Of a DNA stretch of 32,000 bases, positions 1 to 9,887 are shown one piece after another. The first letter of the stretch is position 1; each line of letters opens with the position of its first letter. The stretch is from Candidatus Nanosynbacter lyticus (GTDB taxonomy: Bacteria; Patescibacteriota; Saccharimonadia; Saccharimonadales; Saccharimonadaceae): positions 420,001 to 452,000 of the forward strand of contig NZ_CP007496.1 in the NCBI RefSeq assembly GCF_000803625.1, in the 5' to 3' direction. Under the pieces are notes generated by a model. It made no database searches. It was not told the DNA's origin and saw only the letters and a list, made by a program, of their open reading frames with translations. The position numbers and the translations under genes were made by a program.

Positions 1-311
1 TGCGACACCTGTGTCTTCAAAGCTCGTTTGTTGTGCTCAATTTCCGCATACGACAGAAGACTCCGCTCCTCGGTGTCGCGCATATCGCCAATCATACCAG
101 TGCCGCCACCAACCAGCAGGAATACTTTGTGACCGCGCTCCAAAAAATGCCGCACCATCATGTAGACCGCCAAGTGCCCTACATGCAGACTATCCGCCGA
201 CGGATCTGTCCCCAAATAGAGCGTAAAATTCTCCGAATCGATAAGCCTGTCGTCCGTAAATGTGGTCTGATTCCAGAACCCGCGCCATTGTAGTTCTTCT
301 GATAGTTTCAT
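1..311 (-). CDS. tyrS: tyrosyl-tRNA synthetase, N-terminal part; the gene runs off the window start
   Basis: It is missing from the ORF track because it is truncated by the window edge. The reverse-strand ATG at 311-309 is preceded by AAAGGAG. The translation MKLSEELQWRGFWNQTTFTDDRLIDSENFTLYLGTDPSADSLHVGHLAVYMMVRHFLERGHKVFLLVGGGTGMIGD carries the class I HIGH signature (HVGH) in a typical TyrRS context. Confidence 0.85.
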   Translation of the reverse strand, partial: MKLSEELQWRGFWNQTTFTDDRLIDSENFTLYLGTDPSADSLHVGHLAVYMMVRHFLERGHKVFLLVGGGTGMIGDMRDTEERSLLSYAEIEHNKRALKTQVS

Positions 312-350
312 AGCACTCCTTTTCTTTATATTAGTATAGCAATTTTATAA

Positions 351-378
351 TTGAAGCGAAACATATGCGTGATATAAT
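351..378 (+). promoter_or_regulatory. extended -10 promoter of the PBP gene; predicts a leaderless mRNA
   Basis: TTGAAG (351-356), 16-nt spacer, TGaTATAAT (370-378). Only 6 nt (aggact) lie between the -10 hexamer and the GTG at 385, leaving no room for a Shine-Dalgarno. Confidence 0.5.
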
Positions 379-384
379 AGGACT

Positions 385-3051
385 GTGAAGAGGAAAACTA
401 CGATTAACACCGCCGGACACGGCTCAAGTAATAAGAAGTCTCCGTCAAAACGGATGAATTTATATGCTAATTTGGCGCAAAAACATCGAACAAAAAAGGA
501 CAAAGACGCACGTGAGCGGGCGGAATATTTGGCAACTTTACCAAAACACCCCGTCAAGCGATTCTTCTACCGCCTACACCCAAAACGCCTAGCTAAATAT
601 TGGTTTTCTAAACGTGGCGGACTGATGGCCTTGAAGATTCTTGGCGTTGGCACCCTATTGGTGCTACTACTTATCGGTGGTATGTTTGCTTATTTCCGTA
701 AAGATCTTGATAAAATCCGCCCCGGCGAACTGGCTAAACGTGTCCAAACTACCGTTACCAAATATTACGACCGTAATGATAATTTGCTCTGGGAAGATAA
801 AGGGACAGGAAACTATCAATTGGTCGTCGAAGCCGATCAGATTAGCGACTACTTAAAAAAGGCCACCGTCGCAATTGAGGACCGCGATTTCTATAAGCAT
901 CACGGCATCAGCATTAGCGGTATAATGCGAGCAATGCTTTCAACCGCTTCACGACGCCAAGTCCAAGGTGGCTCGACTCTGACACAGCAGCTTGTCAAGC
1001 AAGTCTTCTTCGCTGACGAAGCTGGCGACCGTTCAATTAGCGGCGTTCCTCGTAAGATTAAGGAAATCATTCTAGCAATTGAAGTTGAACGCATGTATAG
1101 CAAAGATCAAATCTTATCTCTGTATCTAAACGAATCTCCATACGGCGGTCGACGTAACGGTGCGGAGTCAGCTTCACAAACATACTTCGGTAAGCACGCC
1201 AAAGATTTGACACTGGCAGAGGCAGCGCTGATTGCCAGTATCCCACAAAATCCAACCTACTATAACCCATATAATACCGCTGGGCATAAAGCGCTAATTG
1301 CCCGCCAACACACAACTTTGGATTATATGGCCGAACAAGGTGTCATTTCTAAAGATGAAGCCGAAAAAGCTAAAAAAGTTGATATTCTAAGCACTATCAA
1401 ACCTCAGACAGAACAACTAGAAAACATTAAGGCGCCTCACTTCCTACTAATGGTTCGCAACCAGCTTAGTAAAGAGCTTGGCGAATCGGTCGTTGGACGT
1501 GGCGGACTAACAATTAAAACTACGCTAGATTGGCGTATTCAGGAAAAACTAGAGACAGAAATGAAGTCCTTCTTTGCTACTGGGCGACCAGATTCTGTCA
1601 GAATTAGTAACGGTGCGGCAACCGTTGAAGATGTACAAACTGGACAAATCGTCGCATTAGTTGGTAGTCGCGACTTTAATCATGCCGGCTACGGGCAAGA
1701 TAATGCAGCCACATCTTATATTCAGCCAGGTTCAACCATTAAGTCTCTCGTTTTTGCTCAGCTATTCGAGAAGCATGACAACAAACAGGGCTATGGCAGC
1801 GGCACAGTACTAAGCGACGACAACATCGACAGTCTTTACGGCGCAAAACTACGCAACTGGGACGGAAAATTTATGGGCGCTATAAACATCCGCAAAGCCC
1901 TCTCCTTCTCGCGAAATATTCCAGCGGTCAAGGCAGCTTACATTATCGGTAACGGCTCAGCCAAACCGGTCGTTGAAGGAATTCGCAAGATGGGAAATCA
2001 TAATTACTGTCGCCAAGAGGAAAATGCAGGCGGCTACGGACTTGGTGCATCAATTGGTGCCTGCGGTACCAAACAAACAGAGCTGGTCAATGCTTACGGT
2101 ACTCTGGCACGTATGGGCGTCCAGAAAAATAGTTCAAGCGTTATTGAAGTAAAAAATAGCCAAGGCGAGACATTGAAGAAATGGAAGGACGACGGCAAGC
2201 AAGTCCTCGACTCGCAGTCAGCTTATATCGTAAATGACATCTTGTCCGACAGGACCACCGGACTTCACGGCTGGATGGGCGTGAACGGCGTCCGAACTTC
2301 AGCCAAAACTGGTACGTCTGACAAAGGTTCTCAGCCAAAAGATTTATGGATTGTTAACTATAGTCCAGCTCTTGTCATGGGAATCTGGCTCGGTAACTCT
2401 GATACTAGCGTCATCGGCACATCATCATCAAACTTTGGCATGCCGGTGGTTAGAAATGTCATGTCATTTGCTCACACCCAAGTTTACGCTAAAGAAGGCA
2501 AGTGGAAATCTGGGCAATGGTACGAGCGTCCAAACGGCATCCAGAATGTTAATGGCGAACTTTACCCATCATGGTGGGACAAGAAACAAGGCCAATCTAC
2601 AGAGAAAATCACATTCGACAAGGTCTCTAAGAAGAAAGCTACCAGCTGTACTCCAGATGGCGCTAAAGAAGAAATTGAGGTAACTAAGGTTATCGATCCG
2701 CTAACAAAGAAAGAGTCTCTCAGTGTGCCTTCAGGATATGATGCCAATGCAGAGGACGACGTCCACAAGTGTGACGATGCTAAGCCTCAAATTGGAGCAG
2801 TGTCTGTCACTGGCAGCGGCAAAAACTATACCATAAACGTTGACGTCTCAGCGGGAACTTGGGGGCTGGCCGCAATAGAAATTAGCGTTGACGGCAAGAG
2901 TGTTAAGAGCGCAGAAATCAGCTCCGGCGGTAAACAGTCTGCGACAGTAGAGATTGAGACAGCAGGAACGCACACCGTTTCTGTGACGGTTCGGGATTCA
3001 GCATACTACACCGCAACTTCAAGCAGCAGCTTCAAGTCAAAAGACAGCTAG
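385..3051 (+). CDS. class A (bifunctional) penicillin-binding protein, PBP1A family, with an extra C-terminal beta-rich domain
   Basis: 888-aa ORF. A basic cytoplasmic tail is followed by one TM helix (LMALKILGVGTLLVLLLIGGMFAYF). Glycosyltransferase motifs are EDRDFYKHHGIS, GGSTLTQQLVK and RKIKEIILAIEVE. Transpeptidase motifs are STIK (SxxK), SRN (SxN) and KTGTS. Confidence 0.9.
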   Translation: MKRKTTINTAGHGSSNKKSPSKRMNLYANLAQKHRTKKDKDARERAEYLATLPKHPVKRFFYRLHPKRLAKYWFSKRGGLMALKILGVGTLLVLLLIGGMFAYFRKDLDKIRPGELAKRVQTTVTKYYDRNDNLLWEDKGTGNYQLVVEADQISDYLKKATVAIEDRDFYKHHGISISGIMRAMLSTASRRQVQGGSTLTQQLVKQVFFADEAGDRSISGVPRKIKEIILAIEVERMYSKDQILSLYLNESPYGGRRNGAESASQTYFGKHAKDLTLAEAALIASIPQNPTYYNPYNTAGHKALIARQHTTLDYMAEQGVISKDEAEKAKKVDILSTIKPQTEQLENIKAPHFLLMVRNQLSKELGESVVGRGGLTIKTTLDWRIQEKLETEMKSFFATGRPDSVRISNGAATVEDVQTGQIVALVGSRDFNHAGYGQDNAATSYIQPGSTIKSLVFAQLFEKHDNKQGYGSGTVLSDDNIDSLYGAKLRNWDGKFMGAINIRKALSFSRNIPAVKAAYIIGNGSAKPVVEGIRKMGNHNYCRQEENAGGYGLGASIGACGTKQTELVNAYGTLARMGVQKNSSSVIEVKNSQGETLKKWKDDGKQVLDSQSAYIVNDILSDRTTGLHGWMGVNGVRTSAKTGTSDKGSQPKDLWIVNYSPALVMGIWLGNSDTSVIGTSSSNFGMPVVRNVMSFAHTQVYAKEGKWKSGQWYERPNGIQNVNGELYPSWWDKKQGQSTEKITFDKVSKKKATSCTPDGAKEEIEVTKVIDPLTKKESLSVPSGYDANAEDDVHKCDDAKPQIGAVSVTGSGKNYTINVDVSAGTWGLAAIEISVDGKSVKSAEISSGGKQSATVEIETAGTHTVSVTVRDSAYYTATSSSSFKSKDS

Positions 3052-3055
3052 ACGC

Positions 3056-3862
3056 TTACTGCTTATTAACTAAATTAATCAGCTCAGCCTCGTGCTGGGC
3101 TGATGTTTTTGAACGACCATTTGTGCGCTTTTTAGGTACACTGGACTTTTGCTTTGCAGGTTTCTTTGGTTCGACAGTAAGCTTAGCAAACATCATTTTG
3201 CCAGCATCAGTCTGTAAGCTTCGGATAATCTCAATCTTCTTCGTCTGACCAATGTATCGCTTAGCGTTCTCAACCACCACCATCGTGCCATCCTTAAGAT
3301 AGCCGACCGCCTGATGAGTATCTTGACCCTTTTGTGACAACTCCAAATCCAATTCATCACCAGGTAGGTAGCTCATCCTCAGACTCTTTGCCAGCTCATT
3401 GATATTAAGTACCTTAACTCCGTCAACTTGCGCCACCTTATTTAGGTTATAATCAAGCGTTAGCACTGCCGCATCCATTTCCTTGGCTAATTTCAGCAGT
3501 CGAGAATCAACACCCTCTGGTACACGCTCATTATCGTCATACAGCTCAAATGACGATTTCAGTATATCTTTAAGCTCTTTCACAACATCCATACCAAACC
3601 GCGCCCTTTCCCGTTTATCGTGGTCTGCGCCATCGGCCAATAATTGCAACTCAGACAACACACTCCTCGGAACAATCACCTTACCGAGCAAGAATCCTGT
3701 CTTTGCCAACTCAATTACTCGCCCGTCCATCAATACTGACGTATCCACCAACATTGAAGTCTCGCCGGCATGAGAATTGCGCCGCGGTTTTGCCAAAAAA
3801 TAAATCTCAGCAGCTAGTCCAAGCAACATTATAATTATTATTAAACTGTAAAAATCTTTCAT
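3056..3862 (-). CDS. yacL: PIN + TRAM domain protein, YacL-like, with an N-terminal TM helix
   Basis: The N-terminal half is PIN-like (MLVDTSVLMDGRVIELAKTGFLLGKVIVPRSVLSELQ) and the C-terminal half is TRAM-like (GQTKKIEIIRSLQTDAGKMMFAKL). It lies directly downstream of radA, as yacL does in Bacillus. I prefer the ATG at 3862 (GAAAGAGGAAAAA-ATG) over the ORF-track start at 3892, which would overlap radA by 17 nt. Confidence 0.8.
   Translation of the reverse strand: MKDFYSLIIIIMLLGLAAEIYFLAKPRRNSHAGETSMLVDTSVLMDGRVIELAKTGFLLGKVIVPRSVLSELQLLADGADHDKRERARFGMDVVKELKDILKSSFELYDDNERVPEGVDSRLLKLAKEMDAAVLTLDYNLNKVAQVDGVKVLNINELAKSLRMSYLPGDELDLELSQKGQDTHQAVGYLKDGTMVVVENAKRYIGQTKKIEIIRSLQTDAGKMMFAKLTVEPKKPAKQKSSVPKKRTNGRSKTSAQHEAELINLVNKQ
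3078..3110 (+). terminator. rho-independent terminator of the PBP gene, lying inside the 3' coding end of the convergent yacL-like gene
   Basis: ATCAGCTCAGC (3078-3088), loop ctcgt, GCTGGGCTGAT (3094-3104). This gives an 11-bp stem with one G-U pair, followed by GTTTTT (3105-3110). Confidence 0.6.
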
Positions 3863-3875
3863 TTTTTCCTCTTTC

Positions 3876-5225
3876 TTACTGTAAATAGTCAATCAACGCC
3901 TGTCGCATATCACTGACGCCTTTTATAAATTTATCTTTATGAACTTTTGGAGCAATCGCGTAAGTGAAACCTAACTTCTTTGCTTCCTTGATTCGAGCCT
4001 GCCAATTGATCGCTGAGCGAACTTCGCCGCCCAAACCAATTTCGCCAAACACCACAGCCCCCTCATCTAAACTCCGACCAGCGCTAGCGCTAGCAATTGC
4101 CATGGCTACTGCCAAATCCGCCGCTGGATCGTTCAATTTTAATCCACCGACTACATTGACATAAATATCCTTATCTGCCAATTTCAATTTTGTACGCTTC
4201 TCCAAGACCGCCACCAGCAAATTCAGCCGATTCAAATCAAAGCCGCTTGCCGTGCGCTTAGGATATCCAAAATTTGTCGGATTCACCAGCGCTTGGATTT
4301 CAACTAACAGCGGCCTTGCACCCTCCATAGTCGCCAGCACAATTGAGCCATCCAAATTCCGCCGCTCCGCTAAAAGCTCTGCCGACGGATTCTTAACAAT
4401 TCTTAGACCCTGATCGTCCATCTCGAAAATTGCAGCCTCGTTAGTCGAACCATAGCGATTTTTCTGCGCCCTAACAACTCGAAAACCACCATAACGATCC
4501 CCTTCAAAATTCAGCACAACATCCACCAGATGCTCTAATATCTTTGGCCCAGCAATCGAACCTTCCTTAGTAACATGCCCTACCAAAATCACTGCCGTAC
4601 CCGAAGATTTGGCGGCACGAATGATGACATTGGAAGAGTTGGTAATTTGGCTAACCGAACCTGGCGCTGAAGAAATTTCACTCAAGGAAATAGTCTGCAC
4701 CGAATCAACAATCACCAAATCATATCCGCCCTGCTGAATTGACGCAGCAATATCCTCGGCACTATTACTAGACGCTAGCTGTAACTTTTCCGAATCAGCC
4801 GCACCCAAACGTTCTGCTCGTAATTTGACCTGTGAAATCGACTCCTCGCCACTAACATATAAAACAGATTTTGAGCCAGCAATATACGCTGCAACCTGCG
4901 CTAGCAGAGTACTTTTTCCAATTCCCGGCTGACCCGCCACCAAAACCACGCCACCAGCCAAAAAGCCACCGCCTAAAACCACATCCAGGTCATCAATTCC
5001 CGTGCTTAATCTTTCTAGGCTAGATTCAGCCACGGCTTCACGAACGCTAGCAGTTTTTAAAGCTTTGCCGCGACCAGCCGATTTATCGACAGCAGACGAA
5101 CCTCCTGAAGAAATAACCTGCTCAACCAACGAATTCCACTCCCCACAATTTTCACACTTACCTGCCCATTTTGAAAAACTAGCACCACACTGCTGACAGA
5201 TAAATTGACTTCGAGATTTTGCCAT
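3876..5225 (-). CDS. radA: DNA repair protein RadA/Sms
   Basis: N-terminal zinc ribbon (CQQCGASFSKWAGKCENCGEWNS), Walker A (GQPGIGKST), the RadA-specific KNRYG motif (AQKNRYGSTNE) and a Lon-protease-like C-terminal domain. Its ATG overlaps the upstream stop codon (TAATG). Confidence 0.95.
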   Translation of the reverse strand: MAKSRSQFICQQCGASFSKWAGKCENCGEWNSLVEQVISSGGSSAVDKSAGRGKALKTASVREAVAESSLERLSTGIDDLDVVLGGGFLAGGVVLVAGQPGIGKSTLLAQVAAYIAGSKSVLYVSGEESISQVKLRAERLGAADSEKLQLASSNSAEDIAASIQQGGYDLVIVDSVQTISLSEISSAPGSVSQITNSSNVIIRAAKSSGTAVILVGHVTKEGSIAGPKILEHLVDVVLNFEGDRYGGFRVVRAQKNRYGSTNEAAIFEMDDQGLRIVKNPSAELLAERRNLDGSIVLATMEGARPLLVEIQALVNPTNFGYPKRTASGFDLNRLNLLVAVLEKRTKLKLADKDIYVNVVGGLKLNDPAADLAVAMAIASASAGRSLDEGAVVFGEIGLGGEVRSAINWQARIKEAKKLGFTYAIAPKVHKDKFIKGVSDMRQALIDYLQ

Positions 5226-6205
5226 TACTTCGCCCCCTCCACGCTATCCAAGCTCTTATTTAACTCGTCAATTTTCACACCCAATTCCCTAAGCCTAAGG
5301 ACACCAGAATTATAAGAATTAATCTCAGAATTTAGGTTATTACGCCTACTATTCAACTCAGAAAGCTCCGCCTGTAAAGCACGGCGCTGCCTTGAAAAGT
5401 CATCTTGCGAGGAAAAATCACCGCTATTTGCTCGTCTGTTAAATCCAGCCACACGCCGATTATAATCAGCTATGTCGGCTGAATATTGCGACAAGTCTTG
5501 ATCTATTTTTTGCTTACGCGACTGTAATGACTTACTTAGCTCCTGTGCCTCATTTTCTCGTGACTCAAACTTTTCTCGGTACTGAGAGTGCAGCCGCAAA
5601 ACTTCCGACCGGTCAGTGAAATACCGACGATAATACTCCTCCAATTCCTCGCCCAAATTCGCAAACTCCGTCCCTAAAATTGAATGAAGCTCATTTGCGC
5701 GTGTGCCCGGCTGGGCTCGGTCATAATACTTCATCCTCTCAGCCAGCTTGTCGGTCTTTACGTTATCATAAGCGTGCTCAAGCAGCGTCGACAAGCGCTT
5801 CCTCTCAGAAGAGCTCAGCCTTTTCCATGCCGCGTGTAGCATCTCATGTGCCGCCGTCACCTCTTTTACGCCGTCTAATTCTGCATTAGTCACGTCATAG
5901 ATGTAGATTTCACCAGCAGCCTGATTATAGCATCCTAAAATAGCGTTTCCCTGCTCTACACGCCGACAATCTTTGTTAAACTCACCAGCCGACTGTATCT
6001 GCGGTTTAGAAACATAAAACATTTTCTTGCCAAAATCTGACATCTTGACACGATTGGCGATTTCAGCAACCTGACTACTTGGCTGATATTGCCACAAGGT
6101 AATTTCATCGATAATTGACTGTCGATTCAGCACCAATAAAGCCATTCCAAACACAAACGTAATTGAAATAAAAAATCCAATTAACTTACGCATGCTTGAC
6201 ATCAA
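5225..6205 (-). CDS. membrane-anchored hypothetical protein with an HExxH motif and a long C-terminal coiled coil
   Basis: N-terminal TM helix (LIGFFISITFVFGMALLVL). HEMLH is encoded at 5834-5848. The C-terminal ~130 aa are Q/R/E/N/S-rich and heptad-like. The ORF-track start is TTG at 6205. The ATG at 6202, preceded by AAGGTG, is more likely. Either start overlaps the 3' end of clpC. Confidence 0.65.
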   Translation of the reverse strand: MMSSMRKLIGFFISITFVFGMALLVLNRQSIIDEITLWQYQPSSQVAEIANRVKMSDFGKKMFYVSKPQIQSAGEFNKDCRRVEQGNAILGCYNQAAGEIYIYDVTNAELDGVKEVTAAHEMLHAAWKRLSSSERKRLSTLLEHAYDNVKTDKLAERMKYYDRAQPGTRANELHSILGTEFANLGEELEEYYRRYFTDRSEVLRLHSQYREKFESRENEAQELSKSLQSRKQKIDQDLSQYSADIADYNRRVAGFNRRANSGDFSSQDDFSRQRRALQAELSELNSRRNNLNSEINSYNSGVLRLRELGVKIDELNKSLDSVEGAK

Positions 6206-8642
6206 TCATCACCTTATTTTTATCAATTTTAGCCTGCAGAATATCGCCAGGCTTTGCTTTATTTGACAACAGAACATCACTGAGCGGATCCGCCAGCTCC
6301 GACTGAATAGTACGCCTGAGAACTCGCACGCCGCGCTGCTCATCAAAACCCCGGTCAATCAGCCAACGCTTGGTGGATGGAGTAATATCAAGCGTCATTT
6401 CGTGCCGCTCAACTGCCTTGATTAGGTCAATTGTAAGATTGTCAAAAATCTTTCGCACCACCGACCTAGCCAGCGGCTTAAACGTAATCACCCCGTCAAA
6501 CCTACCGATTAGTTCTGGCCTCAAGAAACTCTCCAACTCGCGTAAAGCTGCCCGTGAATTGCGATTATGCCGATCCGTATGGGAAGTTTTTTTCTGCCCA
6601 GACGAGGCAAAGCCCAACTCTGAATCCTGGACCATCTGCTCGGCGCCAACGTTACTGGTCAAAATGATAATCGCCTGTCGGAAACTAATCGTCCGACCAT
6701 GAGAATCACTCAATTTGCCATCTTCTAAAATCTGCAATAGCAAGTTCAATACGTCAGGATGCGCCTTTTCAATCTCATCAAACAAAACCACGCTATATGG
6801 CTGACGCCGCACCTTGTCAGTCAATTTGCCGCCATCATCATAACCGACATAGCCAGCTGGCGCACCAATCAGCCGACTAGCTGTGTGCCGCTCTGAAAAC
6901 TCACTCATGTCAATCTTAATCAAATTATCATCACCGCCAAAAACCTCCCGCGCCAATACTCGTGCCAGCTCAGTCTTTCCCACGCCAGTCGGCCCGAGGA
7001 AAATAAATGACCCTAACGGCCCACTTTGGCGACTCAGGCCAGCTTTATTGCGCCGAATTGCCCGGGCTAATTGCTCAATTGCTTCATCTTGACCAAGCAC
7101 ACTTCGACTCAAGCGCTTCTCTAATTGGATTAAATCCCTCATTTGAGTCAGCGATAATCTATCAATCGGAATATTCGTCATCGCTGAAACTGCACTTCGT
7201 AAATATTCCTCGGTTAACATAGGTTTGCTATCGACTTCGTTTCTCAGTTTATCAGACTGCAATTCCAGCTGTCGCATTTGCACCTTAAATTCCGCGGCTT
7301 GTTGATAATTTTCAGCCTCAACAGCAGCATCAATCCTACCAGCTAGTCGTTTGATTTGACGTGATAATTTATCCTTGCGAGACAATTTTCTTGGCGAATT
7401 TGATTTCAATAGACTAGACGCCTCGTCAATCACATCAATCGCTTTATCCGGCAAAAACCGCTCCGTCACATATCGTTGACTTAAATCGACAGCTTCAATA
7501 AGCATTTCGTCAGGAATCTGGACTTGATGATGTTTTGCAAGATTATCTCTCAAGCCTCGCATCATCTCCACCGCCTCTTCTGGAGATGGCTCTGCCACTG
7601 TTACTGCCTGGAAACGCCGACTCAAAGCAGCATCTTTCTCAACATGCTTGCGATATTCATCAAACGTCGTCGCGCCAATTAGCCGCACTTCGCCGCGCGC
7701 CAATGCTGGCTTTAATACGTTAGCTGCGTCCATCGAACCTTCCGCCGATCCAGCGCCCACCAGCAAGTGCAACTCGTCGATGAACAAAATGACTTCCTGA
7801 TGCTTCTTAGCAACTGCCAAAACTTTTTGTAGTCGCTCCTCGAATTGACCGCGATATTTTGTCCCGGCAATCATCGCCGTCAAGTCCAGTTGAAAAAGCC
7901 GCTTGCCTTTCAAAAACTCCGGCACTTTATTATCGGCAATTTTTTGCGCCAAGCCTTCAACTACCGCAGTTTTACCGACACCCGGCTCGCCGATTAGCGC
8001 CGGATTATTCTTACTGCGGCGCCCCAGTATGGTAATCATCCGCTGAATCTCCGCCGCCCGGCCAATCACTGGATCTAAAAATCCCTCGCTGGCCCGCCGC
8101 GTCAAATCCACGCCAAATTTGTCCAGAATCTTCAAATCGGCAGATTTCTTAGTTGTTGTAGTCTGATCATTCTGCAGCGACTCAAATTGCTGTTTGTCAA
8201 ACACATCTTCCAGATTTCCACGCAGCTGCTCAATATCGATATTCATATCACGCAGTAGCTTAGTTGCCCGCGCCTCACGCTGCAACAGCATACCATACAC
8301 AATATGTTCCGTACCAATTCGTTCCTGCCCAAACTCAACCGCCAATTGCCATGACGTACGAATCAGCTCAGCCACTTCAGCACTTAAGCCCTTTTTTACG
8401 ACCGTAACCACCAAAGGCTTAGCCGTCAGATTAAGTACCATTTCCGCCCTATCTAACGTCACGCCATTTTCCGCTAAAATCTTAGCTCCAAGCGACGAAT
8501 TCTGTGCCAATACACCAAGCAAAATATGCTCCGTGCCGACATAATCGCGGCCTTCATTATGCGCCAGAAAACCCGCTCGCTCCAAACTGGCGCGAGCTGT
8601 TTCCGTTAAACGAGGTTCTAGCTCAGAAAAATCCTCTGACAT
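6186..8642 (-). CDS. clpC: ATP-dependent Clp protease ATP-binding subunit ClpC
   Basis: 818 aa. It has a duplicated Clp_N repeat, two AAA+ modules (GEPGVGKT and GPTGVGKTE Walker A motifs) and a UVR-like middle segment ([22 protein letters not shown]). A strong SD (AAGGAGG) lies 5 nt before the ATG. Confidence 0.93.
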   Translation of the reverse strand: MSEDFSELEPRLTETARASLERAGFLAHNEGRDYVGTEHILLGVLAQNSSLGAKILAENGVTLDRAEMVLNLTAKPLVVTVVKKGLSAEVAELIRTSWQLAVEFGQERIGTEHIVYGMLLQREARATKLLRDMNIDIEQLRGNLEDVFDKQQFESLQNDQTTTTKKSADLKILDKFGVDLTRRASEGFLDPVIGRAAEIQRMITILGRRSKNNPALIGEPGVGKTAVVEGLAQKIADNKVPEFLKGKRLFQLDLTAMIAGTKYRGQFEERLQKVLAVAKKHQEVILFIDELHLLVGAGSAEGSMDAANVLKPALARGEVRLIGATTFDEYRKHVEKDAALSRRFQAVTVAEPSPEEAVEMMRGLRDNLAKHHQVQIPDEMLIEAVDLSQRYVTERFLPDKAIDVIDEASSLLKSNSPRKLSRKDKLSRQIKRLAGRIDAAVEAENYQQAAEFKVQMRQLELQSDKLRNEVDSKPMLTEEYLRSAVSAMTNIPIDRLSLTQMRDLIQLEKRLSRSVLGQDEAIEQLARAIRRNKAGLSRQSGPLGSFIFLGPTGVGKTELARVLAREVFGGDDNLIKIDMSEFSERHTASRLIGAPAGYVGYDDGGKLTDKVRRQPYSVVLFDEIEKAHPDVLNLLLQILEDGKLSDSHGRTISFRQAIIILTSNVGAEQMVQDSELGFASSGQKKTSHTDRHNRNSRAALRELESFLRPELIGRFDGVITFKPLARSVVRKIFDNLTIDLIKAVERHEMTLDITPSTKRWLIDRGFDEQRGVRVLRRTIQSELADPLSDVLLSNKAKPGDILQAKIDKNKVMIDVKHA

Positions 8643-8682
8643 ATGCCCCTCCTTTCGTTTTTAATGGCCAATCGAGAGCGGC

Positions 8683-9804
8683 TTATTCCGCCACCTCCTC
8701 AACCACGCTCATTAAGCTATCCTCGATATTCTTGCGAGGTTTTGGCTCCGACTTAACAGCGGTTTTCGCTTCAATGTCAAGTTCATATCCTGTCAATCGA
8801 CTTGCCAAGCGAACATTTTGTCCAGCTCGACCGATTGCGATTGATTGCTGGTCCTCGCTAACATAAACCGTTGCTCGCTTTTCTTCTTCATTTACAGTTA
8901 CGCTGATTACCTCTGCTGGACTCATGGCATTAGCAATAAAGCCGGCCACATCTTCCTCAAATGGAATAATGTCAATCTTCTCTTGCTCGCCAATTTCATT
9001 CATCACAGCCTGAACACGAGCACCATGACCACCAACAAACGTACCAACTGGGTCAACACCTGGCAGCGCAGAAGCTACTGCCAACTTGGTGCGGCGACCA
9101 GCTTCGCGGGCAATTGCCTTAATCTCAACTGCACCAGTCTCCATCTCTGGCACTTCTTGATTGAACAGGAAGCGTACAAACTCTTCATTGCCACGGCTAA
9201 GGATTAACTGTGGGCCACGACCTTCGCGCTCAATATCCTTAATATAAACCTTAATGCGACGACCAACGCCATAATATTCGCCAGGTATTTGCTCACTCTG
9301 AGGCATAATACCGACGGCTTTACCCAACTCAATTCGTACCACACGTGGCTCGACTCGTTGAACCGTACCGATAACGACCGTACCAATTTTATCTTCAAAC
9401 TCAGCCAGTACTACCTCACGCTCAGCTTCACGCAAACGCTGCAAAATAACCTGCTTAGCAGTCTGAGCCGCCACACGACCAAATGTCGTCACATTGTGAG
9501 TCTCTACCGTTACTTCACCATCAATCTCAGCCGCAGCATCCAGCTTCTTAGCGTCTTCCAGGCTAATTTGGTTGATATCATTCTCGACATCTTCGACCAC
9601 AGTTTTAACCACCGAAACCACAGCTGCGCCACTATTGATATTTAAGTTAGCCCGCACCAACTGCTCGCGCGTACCGTTATCGCGACGCCAAGCTGCCGCA
9701 ATCGCCTGCTCAATCACACTTAAGACTGTTTCTTCTGGTAAGTTTTTTTCCTCAGCAATCGTCCGCACTGCTAGCGTCAGTTGCTTGATATTCAAATCTT
9801 CCAT
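8683..9804 (-). CDS. nusA: transcription termination/antitermination factor NusA (NTD-S1-KH1-KH2, no AR repeats)
   Basis: The N-terminus LTLAVRTIAEEKNLPEETVLSVIEQAIAAAWRRD is typical, followed by S1 and two KH regions. SD AAGGAGAG precedes the ATG and a TATAAT sits at 9834-9829 on the minus strand. Confidence 0.93.
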   Translation of the reverse strand: MEDLNIKQLTLAVRTIAEEKNLPEETVLSVIEQAIAAAWRRDNGTREQLVRANLNINSGAAVVSVVKTVVEDVENDINQISLEDAKKLDAAAEIDGEVTVETHNVTTFGRVAAQTAKQVILQRLREAEREVVLAEFEDKIGTVVIGTVQRVEPRVVRIELGKAVGIMPQSEQIPGEYYGVGRRIKVYIKDIEREGRGPQLILSRGNEEFVRFLFNQEVPEMETGAVEIKAIAREAGRRTKLAVASALPGVDPVGTFVGGHGARVQAVMNEIGEQEKIDIIPFEEDVAGFIANAMSPAEVISVTVNEEEKRATVYVSEDQQSIAIGRAGQNVRLASRLTGYELDIEAKTAVKSEPKPRKNIEDSLMSVVEEVAE

Positions 9805-9858
9805 TTTTTACTCTCCTTCTTTTATATAATTATATCCTTTTCCGCTTCAAACTTCCAT

Positions 9859-9887
9859 AAACGAAAAACTCCGACCTGCCGGCCGGA
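9859..9887 (-). terminator. rho-independent terminator after the GNAT gene
   Basis: The minus-strand RNA reads UCCGGCC-GGCA-GGUCGGA (7-bp stem with one G-U pair), followed by GUUUUUCGUUU. Confidence 0.55.

Noticed and set aside
312-384. I considered a T-box leader upstream of tyrS, which is common in Gram-positives.
   Set aside because: The whole divergent intergenic region is 73 nt. It is already filled by two promoters and an SD, leaving no room for a T-box element of roughly 200 nt or more, which is the typical length as I recall it.
3863-3892. An upstream ATG (3892) is a possible start for the yacL-like gene.
   Set aside because: It would overlap radA by 17 nt and lacks an SD. The ATG at 3862 has GAAAGAGG 5 nt upstream and starts right at the TM helix.
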